A stretch of 64,000 nucleotides of DNA from the IMG/VR virus record IMGVR_UViG_3300026442_000101. One strand, 5' to 3'. The notes under the pieces are model-generated. The model worked only from the letters and a program-made list of their open reading frames with translations. It made no database searches and was not told the origin of the DNA. Positions 1 to 9,421 of the stretch are shown here, piece after piece. This stretch comes from a virus (taxonomy: Duplodnaviria > Caudoviricetes). Every line of letters starts with the position of its first letter. The first letter of the stretch is position 1. The translations under genes and the position numbers were made by a program.

Positions 1-1094
1 TTCTCAAAGAGACCTTGGGTCAGGCTATTGTAATCGCTAGCCGTAAAACGCTCGTCAGGCAGTCCAGCGATAGCCATACGTAACTGGCTGATTGGTGTGT
101 AAGCTCGGATCAGTAAAGACGGGTGAAGGCCGCAAGACAGTTCGGGAATACGCTCGATCTCGTATTGAGCCTGAACGAGATGTTGGCGCAGAGTCTCGGG
201 GTCCTCCACGACAGACTCGCCGACCAAGTTGCGGCGATGGTCAGCCTTACTGAGCGCTTCTTCGCGAACACGCAACTCTCCCATCAGTGCGGCACTTTGC
301 TCACCGAGGTCAGCTGACTTAGTGATGAGGTCCTCAAGGCTGATCTCACCGTCCTGACTTGGGTGATCGAGCATCAACCACTTAGCTGCGCGAGCATCGA
401 GTTCTTCGACGCGCCGTGCCATTTCTTCATCATCGAGGACTTCGGACGTATTGCGAGGTTCTCGCATCAGCATCTCAAGCGTGGCCTGCAGCTCAGCAGA
501 CTTAGCCTTCATCTCGGCGATAACGTCAGGCTCAAGTAAATGACCACGCGCTTCGGCAAGGCGATCTTTCAGGTACTTGACGATCTCAGTTTTAGAGTTC
601 GCCATCTTCCGCCAAGCCATGTACTTGGAGAAAGCAAAATCGAAGTTGGTAGGCGACAGCTTAGCGATCCAGTCCTGACGCTGCTTCGGGCTCATCGAGG
701 TGAACTCAGTGAGGCCAATAGCCAGAGCGTGGAAGTCCTTCGTGTAGCCGATGTGGATACGGACCAACTCAAACTGCGCAGTGACGGTCCGACCCTTGTT
801 CAGGTTCTCCCCGCCATCTACTATGAATGAGTAGGAATTCTTATCCCCATACTCGCAACGGATCTCGTAAGTGTGCCCTTTGTGATCGAAGATCTGGTGA
901 AGCGAACCCCCGTCTTCGAACCAGTTAGGATCGGGAGGGAGTGGGCAGAATGCAATAGCGAGCAGGCTGGATTTGCCGCCGCCGTTACTGCCTAACACCA
1001 TTTGGGTTTTTAGGCTAGGTCGGATCGTAATTGACTCGCTTCCATTGAGCGACATCCGGTTACATCTGACCAGCTTTACTTCTCTGAAAAACAT
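1..1094 (-). CDS. sbcC: SbcC/Rad50-like SMC ATPase, N-terminal part (runs off left edge; phiKZ gp165-like)
   Basis: Not in ORF track. Manual translation from ATG at 1094: MFFREVKLVRCNRMSLNGSESITIRPSLKTQMVLGSNGGGKSSLL, an N-terminal Walker A typical of SMC/Rad50; coiled-coil-like sequence follows. Confidence 0.85.
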   Translation of the reverse strand, partial: MFFREVKLVRCNRMSLNGSESITIRPSLKTQMVLGSNGGGKSSLLAIAFCPLPPDPNWFEDGGSLHQIFDHKGHTYEIRCEYGDKNSYSFIVDGGENLNKGRTVTAQFELVRIHIGYTKDFHALAIGLTEFTSMSPKQRQDWIAKLSPTNFDFAFSKYMAWRKMANSKTEIVKYLKDRLAEARGHLLEPDVIAEMKAKSAELQATLEMLMREPRNTSEVLDDEEMARRVEELDARAAKWLMLDHPSQDGEISLEDLITKSADLGEQSAALMGELRVREEALSKADHRRNLVGESVVEDPETLRQHLVQAQYEIERIPELSCGLHPSLLIRAYTPISQLRMAIAGLPDERFTASDYNSLTQGLFE

Positions 1095-1164
1095 GTCGGG
1101 ATGTCCCTAAGTCAATCTGCTTTAGCATTAGCGGGTTTTGTAGAATTTTATCTGGAGCTGAACC

Positions 1165-1995
1165 ATGAAGATGTCTGCGTTCAGATCTGTCGCGATTGGA
1201 CGGGTCGATACTAACCTAGAGCTAGGCTCGAAAGTGATTGAGATTGTCCCGATCGAGTGGATCCCAATGCGTGACGGCGAACTTACGTCGAACGCTACCA
1301 CGTCCACCTTCTCTACGGTCGACTCCGACAACAACGTCGTCAAAGGCGGTACGGTATCATCGAACACGATCAAGGCTACGTGGATGCCCTGCGGTTCCAA
1401 CCGCCTCACTGCTCCTAACGTGCGGCGTGGTGAGCGTGTAGAGGTCCTACAAGCGGCTGACGACGATAAGTATTACTGGCGCACCATGGGTCTGGATGAT
1501 CACTTGCGTAAGCTTGAGACCATTATCTTCGGTATCAGCGCCGATCCTAAGGAACAAGGCCCGGGTGAGACCACTGTCCTCAGTCCAGAGAACATGTACT
1601 GGTTCGAGTTCTCTTCGCACAGCAAGATGCTGGCCTTCCGCAGCTGTCAGGCGCAGGGCGAACCGTTCCTCTACGAGATGTACTTTGACTTTGGCGCTGG
1701 TGAGTTCATGGTCAAGGATGACATCGGTAACTTCATCAACATGATCAGTCAGCTCAGGCTGATTCACGCACAGAATGCTGAAGGCACATACGTCAAGCTG
1801 GATAAGAAGGACATCAAAGCCTTCGCCCCGCAAGACATCGCTGCCGAAGCTAAGCGTAACGTCAGCATCAAGGCGGGTATGAACATGGATCTCAAAGCTG
1901 GAGTTAAAGCTACCATTGACGGCGGGGGCAGTGTGATGACATTCATCGGTGCAGGCACTACCCTCAAGACTCCTCAATTCGTAGGGTTGACATAA
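1165..1995 (+). CDS. Baseplate central spike (phiKZ gp164-like)
   Basis: 276 aa; OB-like N-terminus (PNVRRGERVEV) and short beta-repeat C-terminus; directly upstream of a PAAR gene. Confidence 0.75.
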   Translation: MKMSAFRSVAIGRVDTNLELGSKVIEIVPIEWIPMRDGELTSNATTSTFSTVDSDNNVVKGGTVSSNTIKATWMPCGSNRLTAPNVRRGERVEVLQAADDDKYYWRTMGLDDHLRKLETIIFGISADPKEQGPGETTVLSPENMYWFEFSSHSKMLAFRSCQAQGEPFLYEMYFDFGAGEFMVKDDIGNFINMISQLRLIHAQNAEGTYVKLDKKDIKAFAPQDIAAEAKRNVSIKAGMNMDLKAGVKATIDGGGSVMTFIGAGTTLKTPQFVGLT

Positions 1996-2264
1996 TGGCC
2001 TTTCCAATCTCTCTCGTTGGTGAGTCTCAGGCCGGCGGCGTGATCACAGGTCCAGGTATGCCTACCTGGACGGTGCTTGGCAAACCCATGTCTCTGCTCA
2101 ATGACGATGTTGCAGGTCACGGCACAGGATCTCACGCAGGTCCAAAGATGGTGGAAGGTTCAGGGTGGTTCACCATCAACGGTATCCCAGTGGTCCGTAC
2201 CGGCAATAAAGCGTCGTGTGGCCACGAGGCCAACGGTAACCCGTGGATGATCCTTCCATTTTAA
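1995..2264 (+). CDS. PAAR-like spike tip protein
   Basis: 89 aa with VAGHG...H...GS..FTINGIPVVRTG..ASCGH metal-binding PAAR pattern; start overlaps spike stop. Confidence 0.85.
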   Translation: MAFPISLVGESQAGGVITGPGMPTWTVLGKPMSLLNDDVAGHGTGSHAGPKMVEGSGWFTINGIPVVRTGNKASCGHEANGNPWMILPF

Positions 2265-2265
2265 C

Positions 2266-2302
2266 GGCATAGTCGCCGGGTGGGGAACCACCCGGCTTCT
2301 AT
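2266..2302. terminator. Hairpin terminator between convergent genes
   Basis: gccgggtgg-ggaa-ccacccggc, preceded by ggcatag. Confidence 0.7.
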
Positions 2303-2307
2303 TCGGC

Positions 2308-3567
2308 TTACGTCGGGTTGGCGAGGTACTCAGTACCGAACTCGAGGAAATACGCCGAGGCATACTTCTGACGCTCTGACGATACCCTGGCACCGTTGTA
2401 ATACATGTCGTCGGCACGAGGACGTTTATCGTGGACGTAACGGTTCACGAGGTTGTCAGTCACGGCAATCGAATACAGGTCATCTTCGACGATGGCGATA
2501 TAGGACGGCACCAAACCGTTCTCGAGCTGCAGTGGGTAGCGTGGGCGCTCGTACGCTACGTAACGACCCGGCAGCTTGGTACGCTCCAGCCCGTGACGCT
2601 CGTAATAGAGGTTGCTGGCTTCGATGGTGATCACGAAGGACTGGCTCAGCGTCATGTACGCCTTGATCGCTTCGTCGCTGTTGGCTTGAGTGAGGTCGAG
2701 CGCATCGCCGTGGTTAGGGTTGCGGGTCAACGTCGCTTCGAATGCCGACAGATCGATCAACTTGTTGGAGTTGTAGTAACGATGAGCCAGAGGGATGTTG
2801 TACCACTGGACATCGATCGAATGGTCGCCCGTCACGCTGTACTGCTGTTCGCCGTAATGCAGGAACCCGCCGATCGACATCATGACGATTCGTTTCGACA
2901 GATCGATATTTGGCACGTTGACGACGAAGCCGTTGCGTAGAGGGTTGGTTCCCTTAGGCTTGATCATCGCAGCAGTGATTGGGGTCACAGTGACCTTACC
3001 AACGTCAAGGAAGCTGATCAGCCCGATGTCGTGGTTGTTAGCGATCCAAGTGCTGCGACCACCGCCTTTGACGCGCAGACCCCGGGTCGAATAGTCGGTG
3101 ATGTGGAACAGGCCATTCACGTTGACCAGGCAGTTGCGATACAGCAGCGCGTAGTCCATCTCAGGCTTGGTGAGAAGGAGGTCGGTCAGATCCTCATCAG
3201 GATACTCGTTACCCTCACCTGCTGTAGGGTGGACACGGTTAACGAGATAGCCAGCCGAGAAGGCATCGTTGAACTTAGCAACGCCCGCTGTACGCTTCGG
3301 TACGACGTTCGAAGTTGGAAGACTGGTGTCGCCAAGCGATACAAGCCAATCGTCGACCGTGACGTTGTCAAGGACACTATAAACAGTATCCAAGATGTCC
3401 ATCAGGTTGATGCTGAGTTCGTGGGAGACCGCTGGGTGCTTGAGGACGAGGTAAGCGACACTGTATTCGGTTACCAAGTTACGCAGATAGCTGTTACCCA
3501 CCTGCGCTTCAATCAGCCTCTGGTTCTCGCCACGAGGGCGTAGTAGCGCACGTTGGCAAGTGTACAT
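2308..3567 (-). CDS. Conserved phiKZ-like virion structural protein
   Basis: 419 aa ORF with GAGGTG RBS, inside the structural cluster; function not recognisable. Confidence 0.6.
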   Translation of the reverse strand: MYTCQRALLRPRGENQRLIEAQVGNSYLRNLVTEYSVAYLVLKHPAVSHELSINLMDILDTVYSVLDNVTVDDWLVSLGDTSLPTSNVVPKRTAGVAKFNDAFSAGYLVNRVHPTAGEGNEYPDEDLTDLLLTKPEMDYALLYRNCLVNVNGLFHITDYSTRGLRVKGGGRSTWIANNHDIGLISFLDVGKVTVTPITAAMIKPKGTNPLRNGFVVNVPNIDLSKRIVMMSIGGFLHYGEQQYSVTGDHSIDVQWYNIPLAHRYYNSNKLIDLSAFEATLTRNPNHGDALDLTQANSDEAIKAYMTLSQSFVITIEASNLYYERHGLERTKLPGRYVAYERPRYPLQLENGLVPSYIAIVEDDLYSIAVTDNLVNRYVHDKRPRADDMYYNGARVSSERQKYASAYFLEFGTEYLANPT

Positions 3568-3641
3568 GCATTCACCTCGTCGAAAAATGATATGCTCGAC
3601 GTCCTATAGACGCGAGTCCCATATTTTAATGGAGACCTCAA

Positions 3642-4373
3642 ATGGCTAGCGCCAATCCCCTCGATTATCTGTACCCATTGGACCTGACGGGTGCGGCGGC
3701 AACCAACAAGGTGGTCAATGAAAGCCGTACGCTGAACCCACCGGAAGAAGAGCTCGATTTCCATTTCCTGCTGCCGTGGGCCGGTCCCTACTTCCGCGAC
3801 ACCATGGTCCTGCGCCACATCACCACCAACCGCCTTTTGATCCGCGGTGTGGACTGGGCGCCTGGGCATAAGTTCAACAGCGCCAGTTACGAATTACAGA
3901 ACACCAAGGGTGGCGTCTATGCTTCCATCCTGCTGTTCGACCGCAAGCTGTCTGGCCAAGTCCGCATGGATTCGTACCAGACTCTGGGCGGCGCCTGGAC
4001 GCTGAGTGAGAACAAGATCCTCGAGATCATGTCCAACAAGATCGCCGACCCTCGTCAGGTGGCCTTCGAGGAAGTGAACGGTCTGCCGGAAGTATTCCCT
4101 CCGACCGAACACACTCACCCAGCTGACGACATGACCGGCTTCGCCGAACTGATCGCCGCTACCTACGACGTGGCCGCTGCCATTCGTGCGCGGACTCAGT
4201 CCTGGCTCGACAATCCTCCGCTGATCCCGAACCTCTACTACACCAAAGATGAGATCGACGCCAAGCTGCTCGAGATCGAAGGTGGCGGTGCGTCGGTATC
4301 GGATCTGGAAGAAATGATCGATTCCATGACCGCGTCTTACACCCAGGCGGCTAACGAACTCGGGGCGCTCTGA
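3642..4373 (+). CDS. Tail/baseplate adaptor-like protein (cassette 1, gene A)
   Basis: 243 aa; YPLDLTG..ATNKV.NE...L...GPYF motif shared with 8760..9404; helical C-terminus. Confidence 0.65.
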   Translation: MASANPLDYLYPLDLTGAAATNKVVNESRTLNPPEEELDFHFLLPWAGPYFRDTMVLRHITTNRLLIRGVDWAPGHKFNSASYELQNTKGGVYASILLFDRKLSGQVRMDSYQTLGGAWTLSENKILEIMSNKIADPRQVAFEEVNGLPEVFPPTEHTHPADDMTGFAELIAATYDVAAAIRARTQSWLDNPPLIPNLYYTKDEIDAKLLEIEGGGASVSDLEEMIDSMTASYTQAANELGAL

Positions 4374-4389
4374 GTAAGGAACTTCCGAC

Positions 4390-7320
4390 ATGAGTTTGAC
4401 TGAAAACCTTGCGGCACTCAGTGCCGCGATGGACCGACTGTTTACCCTGGTGGGTACAGTCGCCACCGGTAAGCGTAAAACGGCCGGTACGGCAGACAAA
4501 ACGAAGCTCGTGGCTGGATTGACTAAAACCCAGCTGGCTTCCGCTGTCCGTAAAGCTGCCGACGACCATGCCGCGCTGCAAGGTAACGTGCACAACGACA
4601 CCTTCACGTCGGTAGGGATTCACTCCAAGGCTACGTTCGACACTCTTCTGCCGACCGTTATGCCAAACGGCGTCTTGCCGCTCTCGCGTTTTGGTACGCA
4701 GAACTATCTGCCGCCAGGCATCCAGGGTAGCTTCGAGGGCGGTACGACTGGTCTTCAATACACCGACACTGCCTGCATCATCGAAGATGACGGTACCGCT
4801 GTCTATCTGCGTAACGGTACGGACGGTGCCAGTCAAGGCGTCTTCTACGCATTCCTTGAGGGCGCTAGTTCTAAGGTTGGCGTACCTATCCGTACCGGTC
4901 GGCGCTATCAGCCGAGCTGGTTCCCAGCAGGCACTACCGCCCTCGCCGTCTTCAACTCCAGCCAGTCTGTCATCGTTGGCCAGTTGCAGGATGCTTCCGG
5001 AACTCCGGGCGATTACTTCATAGCTCTGACCAACGGAACCTACGACGCTACCAAGCACGTAGGCGGGATCATCCCCAAAGCAGTCGGTGACACTTACATC
5101 AAGGTAGGTGGTGAGGCATTCGTAGCGGGTAACACTGTCTACTTCTACAACCTCACCTTCTCCGGCAGCAGCATGACGCAGCCGTATGACATCACTGTTC
5201 ACACGCTTCCGCGCGCAACTCTGGCAGCAGCCGGCGGTGGTCAGGTTACGTTCACGCAAGTGACTGGGATCACTACCAAGGGCTTTGGCAACGTCAGCTA
5301 CGCCGCTCTCGATCGGATGCGTTTTTGCAGTAAGATCGTGAGTCAGGATGCCTCGGAAAACCCGATGGTGCGTCAAGTCGGTACGCGGTTCTCCTTCTTG
5401 CAGATCATGTACTACTACAGTGGTACGCCTGTATCTGCGATGGATGAGGCGACTGGTAAGATCCGCACCAAGCTCTATCATCAGAGCCGTATGGTGACCA
5501 CCAGCGGCGCGCCGTATAGCGGCACCGGGTTCAGCTTTGTATTCGATCCGGTTGCCAAGACCGTGACGCTCGACCCGTTCTACTTGTCCGCCGAGAACAC
5601 GGTGACCGACGACGTTCCAACGCCGACCTACGCGGGTCCTATCTTCGACGGCATCGTGCTGGACAAGCTGGCCTCTGTTGGTCCGTACAAGCTCAACTTT
5701 GCGTACGATGACTTCGGTAACGTATTCAAGTTCATCTTGACGAACCTCGTGGATAACCTAACGGTCCAGGTCGGTCGGGTGACCAACTTCACCAGCCGCT
5801 ATGCAGCATTGGAAGGTGGCGTCGCTGCCGTCGCATCACTCGGAGCTCTTGTCGTAAGGCCTTCGTTCGGTACGGCTATCGGTTCCGGGATCCACGGCGC
5901 TGTCATGTTGTCGGCGACTAAGATGTATCTGTTCGCAGACGGTGTGACAAAAGCCGGTACTTGGCGACGCGGCATGGTGAAGACCACTCTGGAGGGCGAT
6001 GGGCAGTATAACTACGCGTCCATCTACCGCGGCACGATCAAAGGTTACGAGCCGTCGCCCACTCGGGATTTCTTCACTGACCTTGGTTATACCGACGACG
6101 ACTATAAGGCTCCAGTCAATGAGGTAACGGCTACCGGGTCGTTCTTCACGCACACTCAGCGATTCATCGCTGCAAAGACTGGCGTATCTTCGGTTAACCG
6201 ATTGGTCGGCAGGGCGTCCATCACGGAAGACCTGAGTCTCGGTGCTCAAGTCAGTGTCACTGATGCGATCATGCAAGGCTTAGGCAATCAGATCGCTTCT
6301 AAGTTGGCTGCTCAGGGCGAACCAGCCACCACTCAGTGGATTGCTGAATTGGTGATCCCTGCGAGTAACGGCGTCCCGCCTTTCGTTGCGTATCTGGGGC
6401 TGTGCGACAACGGCAACAACTACGTGACCATCTGTCCGGTGACAGTGACTCGCGATGGCGTAGGTAACGTCACAGGGGTGTCGGTAGGTACTCCGCACAC
6501 GCCTAAGTACATCTACACCAATGGTACCGGTGTAGGGCTTGCCATGAACTCCAACGGTATCCTTTACGGCGGCCCGTGCACCATGTACGACATCGGCACT
6601 GATGTCTTCATCGGTATCTGTACGTCGGGCTACATGCAGGTGCCTGGTGGTTCTCCGCAGTCGGCGTTCTGCTTCCGCTACAACCGGCCGGCGCAGGCGT
6701 TCCAGCACCGCGACGATTACTCCCAGCGTACCACTAACGTGTATTCTGGCGGCACCGGGCGTCATTTCGTAGCGCACCCTTCGTTAGGGTTCGGGTTCTG
6801 CTGGAACACCCAGCTGGCATCGGGCTACTCTGACGAAACCACCAAGTTGAACTTCCAGCCGATCGGGACGACCGTGGCCGAATTCAACGCATGGACCGGC
6901 CAGTCGATTTCTCCTCAGGAGACTTGGACGTGCCTGGCGTCTCAAAAGGCTGCTGAAGGCTGGGTCGTGTATTTCTCCGAAGATACCCCTGTGGTCATCA
7001 ACGGGACCTACTACGTCCTTCCGGTAAGTAGCGTCGATCTGCGCACGATCATCCCTGATGCTTCTAACCGGACGTTCTACGTCTACGTCAGGATCGTCGG
7101 CGGTGCGGCTCAGTATGTCATTGCAACTACGACCACTGCTGAAAGCAACCTGAACATGCTGGTGGGTACGGTAACCACCAACGCCACGCAGATTGTATCC
7201 ATCGCTGCTGAGAAGGTCACCCGACTCGGCAACTTCCGAATCAGCGCTACGTCGAAAGGTTCGGCTATCCCGGTATCCACCGGCCTGCCGCGCAACGCCG
7301 ACAAACTCGCATGGAGTTGA
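4390..7320 (+). CDS. Long tail fibre/tip-like protein (cassette 1)
   Basis: 976 aa, G/T/S-rich beta-type composition; H..GNVH and YLPP.I.GSFEGG N-terminus and RLG.FRIS...GSAIPVSTGLP C-terminus shared with paralogs. Confidence 0.7.
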   Translation: MSLTENLAALSAAMDRLFTLVGTVATGKRKTAGTADKTKLVAGLTKTQLASAVRKAADDHAALQGNVHNDTFTSVGIHSKATFDTLLPTVMPNGVLPLSRFGTQNYLPPGIQGSFEGGTTGLQYTDTACIIEDDGTAVYLRNGTDGASQGVFYAFLEGASSKVGVPIRTGRRYQPSWFPAGTTALAVFNSSQSVIVGQLQDASGTPGDYFIALTNGTYDATKHVGGIIPKAVGDTYIKVGGEAFVAGNTVYFYNLTFSGSSMTQPYDITVHTLPRATLAAAGGGQVTFTQVTGITTKGFGNVSYAALDRMRFCSKIVSQDASENPMVRQVGTRFSFLQIMYYYSGTPVSAMDEATGKIRTKLYHQSRMVTTSGAPYSGTGFSFVFDPVAKTVTLDPFYLSAENTVTDDVPTPTYAGPIFDGIVLDKLASVGPYKLNFAYDDFGNVFKFILTNLVDNLTVQVGRVTNFTSRYAALEGGVAAVASLGALVVRPSFGTAIGSGIHGAVMLSATKMYLFADGVTKAGTWRRGMVKTTLEGDGQYNYASIYRGTIKGYEPSPTRDFFTDLGYTDDDYKAPVNEVTATGSFFTHTQRFIAAKTGVSSVNRLVGRASITEDLSLGAQVSVTDAIMQGLGNQIASKLAAQGEPATTQWIAELVIPASNGVPPFVAYLGLCDNGNNYVTICPVTVTRDGVGNVTGVSVGTPHTPKYIYTNGTGVGLAMNSNGILYGGPCTMYDIGTDVFIGICTSGYMQVPGGSPQSAFCFRYNRPAQAFQHRDDYSQRTTNVYSGGTGRHFVAHPSLGFGFCWNTQLASGYSDETTKLNFQPIGTTVAEFNAWTGQSISPQETWTCLASQKAAEGWVVYFSEDTPVVINGTYYVLPVSSVDLRTIIPDASNRTFYVYVRIVGGAAQYVIATTTTAESNLNMLVGTVTTNATQIVSIAAEKVTRLGNFRISATSKGSAIPVSTGLPRNADKLAWS

Positions 7321-7323
7321 TTC

Positions 7324-8037
7324 ATGTCGATCCAAGATAAGATCAACACGCTTAAGGCGGAGGTGGCTGACTTCACGCAACAGATCGTTCGCGTTCTGTC
7401 TAAGAAGCCAGTCGCCGTTGAGTTGTCTGATGATTCGCCTCGTCTGAATAACCGTACACCGGCTCAGATGCAAGCGGATGTCGATACCTTGACGACCGCC
7501 CATGCTGCAAGAACCGATAACGCGCACAGACTGACGCCTGCAATTCTTGCGGCGTATACTGATACTGAGCTGAATGCGAAGATCAATGCGCTTGTTCGGG
7601 TGAACACACTGCCTATCAGTCAGTTCGGTTCTCTCGATAACTCGTCACTGCCGGTGTCCTCGACTGGAATGACACTGCGCCTAACGGCGCAGATTCCCCT
7701 GATTCTTTGGGGACGTTATTTCATGATGCCGATGACCAACAAGCTGATCACTGACGATGTACCGTCTGCGGCTAACAAGACGCTGTACGTGTACGCTGAG
7801 ATCGTAAACAACGCCCCCGTCTACAAGCTTTACGAGACGTTCCAGGCCGATGCCTTCAACAGACTTTATATCGGTACCTGTAACGTCGGGGCGTCTGCGA
7901 TCACATCGGTGGCGATCACTAAGGTCACCAAGCTCGATAACTTCAGGTTGTCCAGCGTCGGTATTGGTGCAGGTATTCCGTACACCACCGGCCTGCCAAC
8001 TGCAACTGCTTCCATCCCTGGTGGTTGGAAGTCTTAA
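7324..8037 (+). CDS. Short tail fibre-family paralog
   Basis: 237 aa; same N-terminal (HAARTDNAH) and C-terminal (FRLS...GAGIPYTTGLP) modules as the long proteins. Confidence 0.65.
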   Translation: MSIQDKINTLKAEVADFTQQIVRVLSKKPVAVELSDDSPRLNNRTPAQMQADVDTLTTAHAARTDNAHRLTPAILAAYTDTELNAKINALVRVNTLPISQFGSLDNSSLPVSSTGMTLRLTAQIPLILWGRYFMMPMTNKLITDDVPSAANKTLYVYAEIVNNAPVYKLYETFQADAFNRLYIGTCNVGASAITSVAITKVTKLDNFRLSSVGIGAGIPYTTGLPTATASIPGGWKS

Positions 8038-8049
8038 TGGAGGTAGACT

Positions 8050-8748
8050 ATGGGTGCCTTGACTACCGCCATTGCGCAGATGGCGGCTAAGTTCAACGCG
8101 ATGAAGGTCGAGGTTCTCGATCTTCTGTCCCGCAAGCCAAAAGCTTCACTGGCTGCTGACAACGCTTTAGCGCTGCAAGATGGAAGTACATCGACAAACA
8201 TCGTCAATGACGGGAGGGCTGTGGCTAACGCCCACATCACGAACTATCAGAACCCGCACGGCGTAACGCCTGAATCTCTCAGCGGGATGAAGAGTTCTGA
8301 TGTGGACGCAGCCTTGGCAAACCGTATCCCAGAGGGCGCTTTGCCGATTTCCCGGTACGGTGATCTTGACGGTACGGTGATCAGCGTGACTTCGAGTGGG
8401 CTGACTGTATCGTGGCCTGCTCAAGTACATGCGGTGATGATGGGCTACTATCGCCCATTGCCTGCGTTCAACATCACGCTGCAGCCTAACACCTCGTACA
8501 ACGTGTACGTTCGCTTCAACGGCGCAACCACGAGCTACATGTTCAGCACCGAGGACCTGGCCGAGACCACCACTCGGATGTGGATCGGTCGAGTTGTCAC
8601 CGGGGCTTCCACCGTGTCGTCCATCACCATCAACCGAGTGTCCCGTATCGATACCTATCGTACGTCGGCTACTCCGATCGGTTCTGCGGTTCCCGTAACT
8701 GTGGGTACTCCAAACACCTCCCAGATTCTTGCACCTGGCTGGTTCTAA
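8050..8748 (+). CDS. Short tail fibre-family paralog
   Basis: 232 aa; HITNYQNPH and RIDTYRTSATPIGSAVPVTVGTP motifs. Confidence 0.65.
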   Translation: MGALTTAIAQMAAKFNAMKVEVLDLLSRKPKASLAADNALALQDGSTSTNIVNDGRAVANAHITNYQNPHGVTPESLSGMKSSDVDAALANRIPEGALPISRYGDLDGTVISVTSSGLTVSWPAQVHAVMMGYYRPLPAFNITLQPNTSYNVYVRFNGATTSYMFSTEDLAETTTRMWIGRVVTGASTVSSITINRVSRIDTYRTSATPIGSAVPVTVGTPNTSQILAPGWF

Positions 8749-8759
8749 TCGAGGTCATC

Positions 8760-9404
8760 ATGGCTGACACCATTTTCAAATACCCGCTGGACCTCCTCGG
8801 CACCAGCGCGACCAACAAGGTCATTGACGAAAGTCACACGATCGGGTCGGTCAAGGGGCGGATCTTCGTCGCCGACTACGGTCCATTCTTCGGGGGCTCG
8901 GTCATCCTCAAAGACGGCGTGAGTGGCCGTACGCTTGTTGCGAACACTGACTACACTCTGGTCCACCATTACCGTGAGGCGACTGCGCGCACCGGTCAGG
9001 CGATCTACACCGCTGTGCGGATCGTCAATCCGAACGTCAGCACCACCATCCTCATGACCTGCCAGTATGTCGGTGGTGAGTTCTCGTTCTCGACCTATGC
9101 GCTCAAGCAAGCCATCGAAGAGCTGATGAACGACGATCGTCCCGTGTATTGGGGCGACCTCATTGGCGTACCTGCCCAATTCGTACCAGCTCCTCACCTG
9201 CACAGCGCCTACGACCTCTACGGCATGAAGTACGTCGTGGAAGCACAGGTCGATGTGGCCAACGCGATTCGTGAAGGCGATGCTGCGTCTCGAGCTTTGC
9301 TGCTCAAACAGATTCAGGATAAATTCCTGTCGTTCGATTCGTTCGCCAAGCAATTGGCCGACTGCTTCGAATCTGGCGCTGTAGAGCTCCGATCGATCAT
9401 TTGA
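8760..9404 (+). CDS. Tail/baseplate adaptor-like protein (cassette 2, gene A)
   Basis: Start placed at ATG 8760 after GAGGT RBS; KYPLDLLGTSATNKVIDE..GPFF paralog of 3642..4373. Confidence 0.65.
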   Translation: MADTIFKYPLDLLGTSATNKVIDESHTIGSVKGRIFVADYGPFFGGSVILKDGVSGRTLVANTDYTLVHHYREATARTGQAIYTAVRIVNPNVSTTILMTCQYVGGEFSFSTYALKQAIEELMNDDRPVYWGDLIGVPAQFVPAPHLHSAYDLYGMKYVVEAQVDVANAIREGDAASRALLLKQIQDKFLSFDSFAKQLADCFESGAVELRSII

Positions 9405-9421
9405 TAAAGGGACAACTCAAC

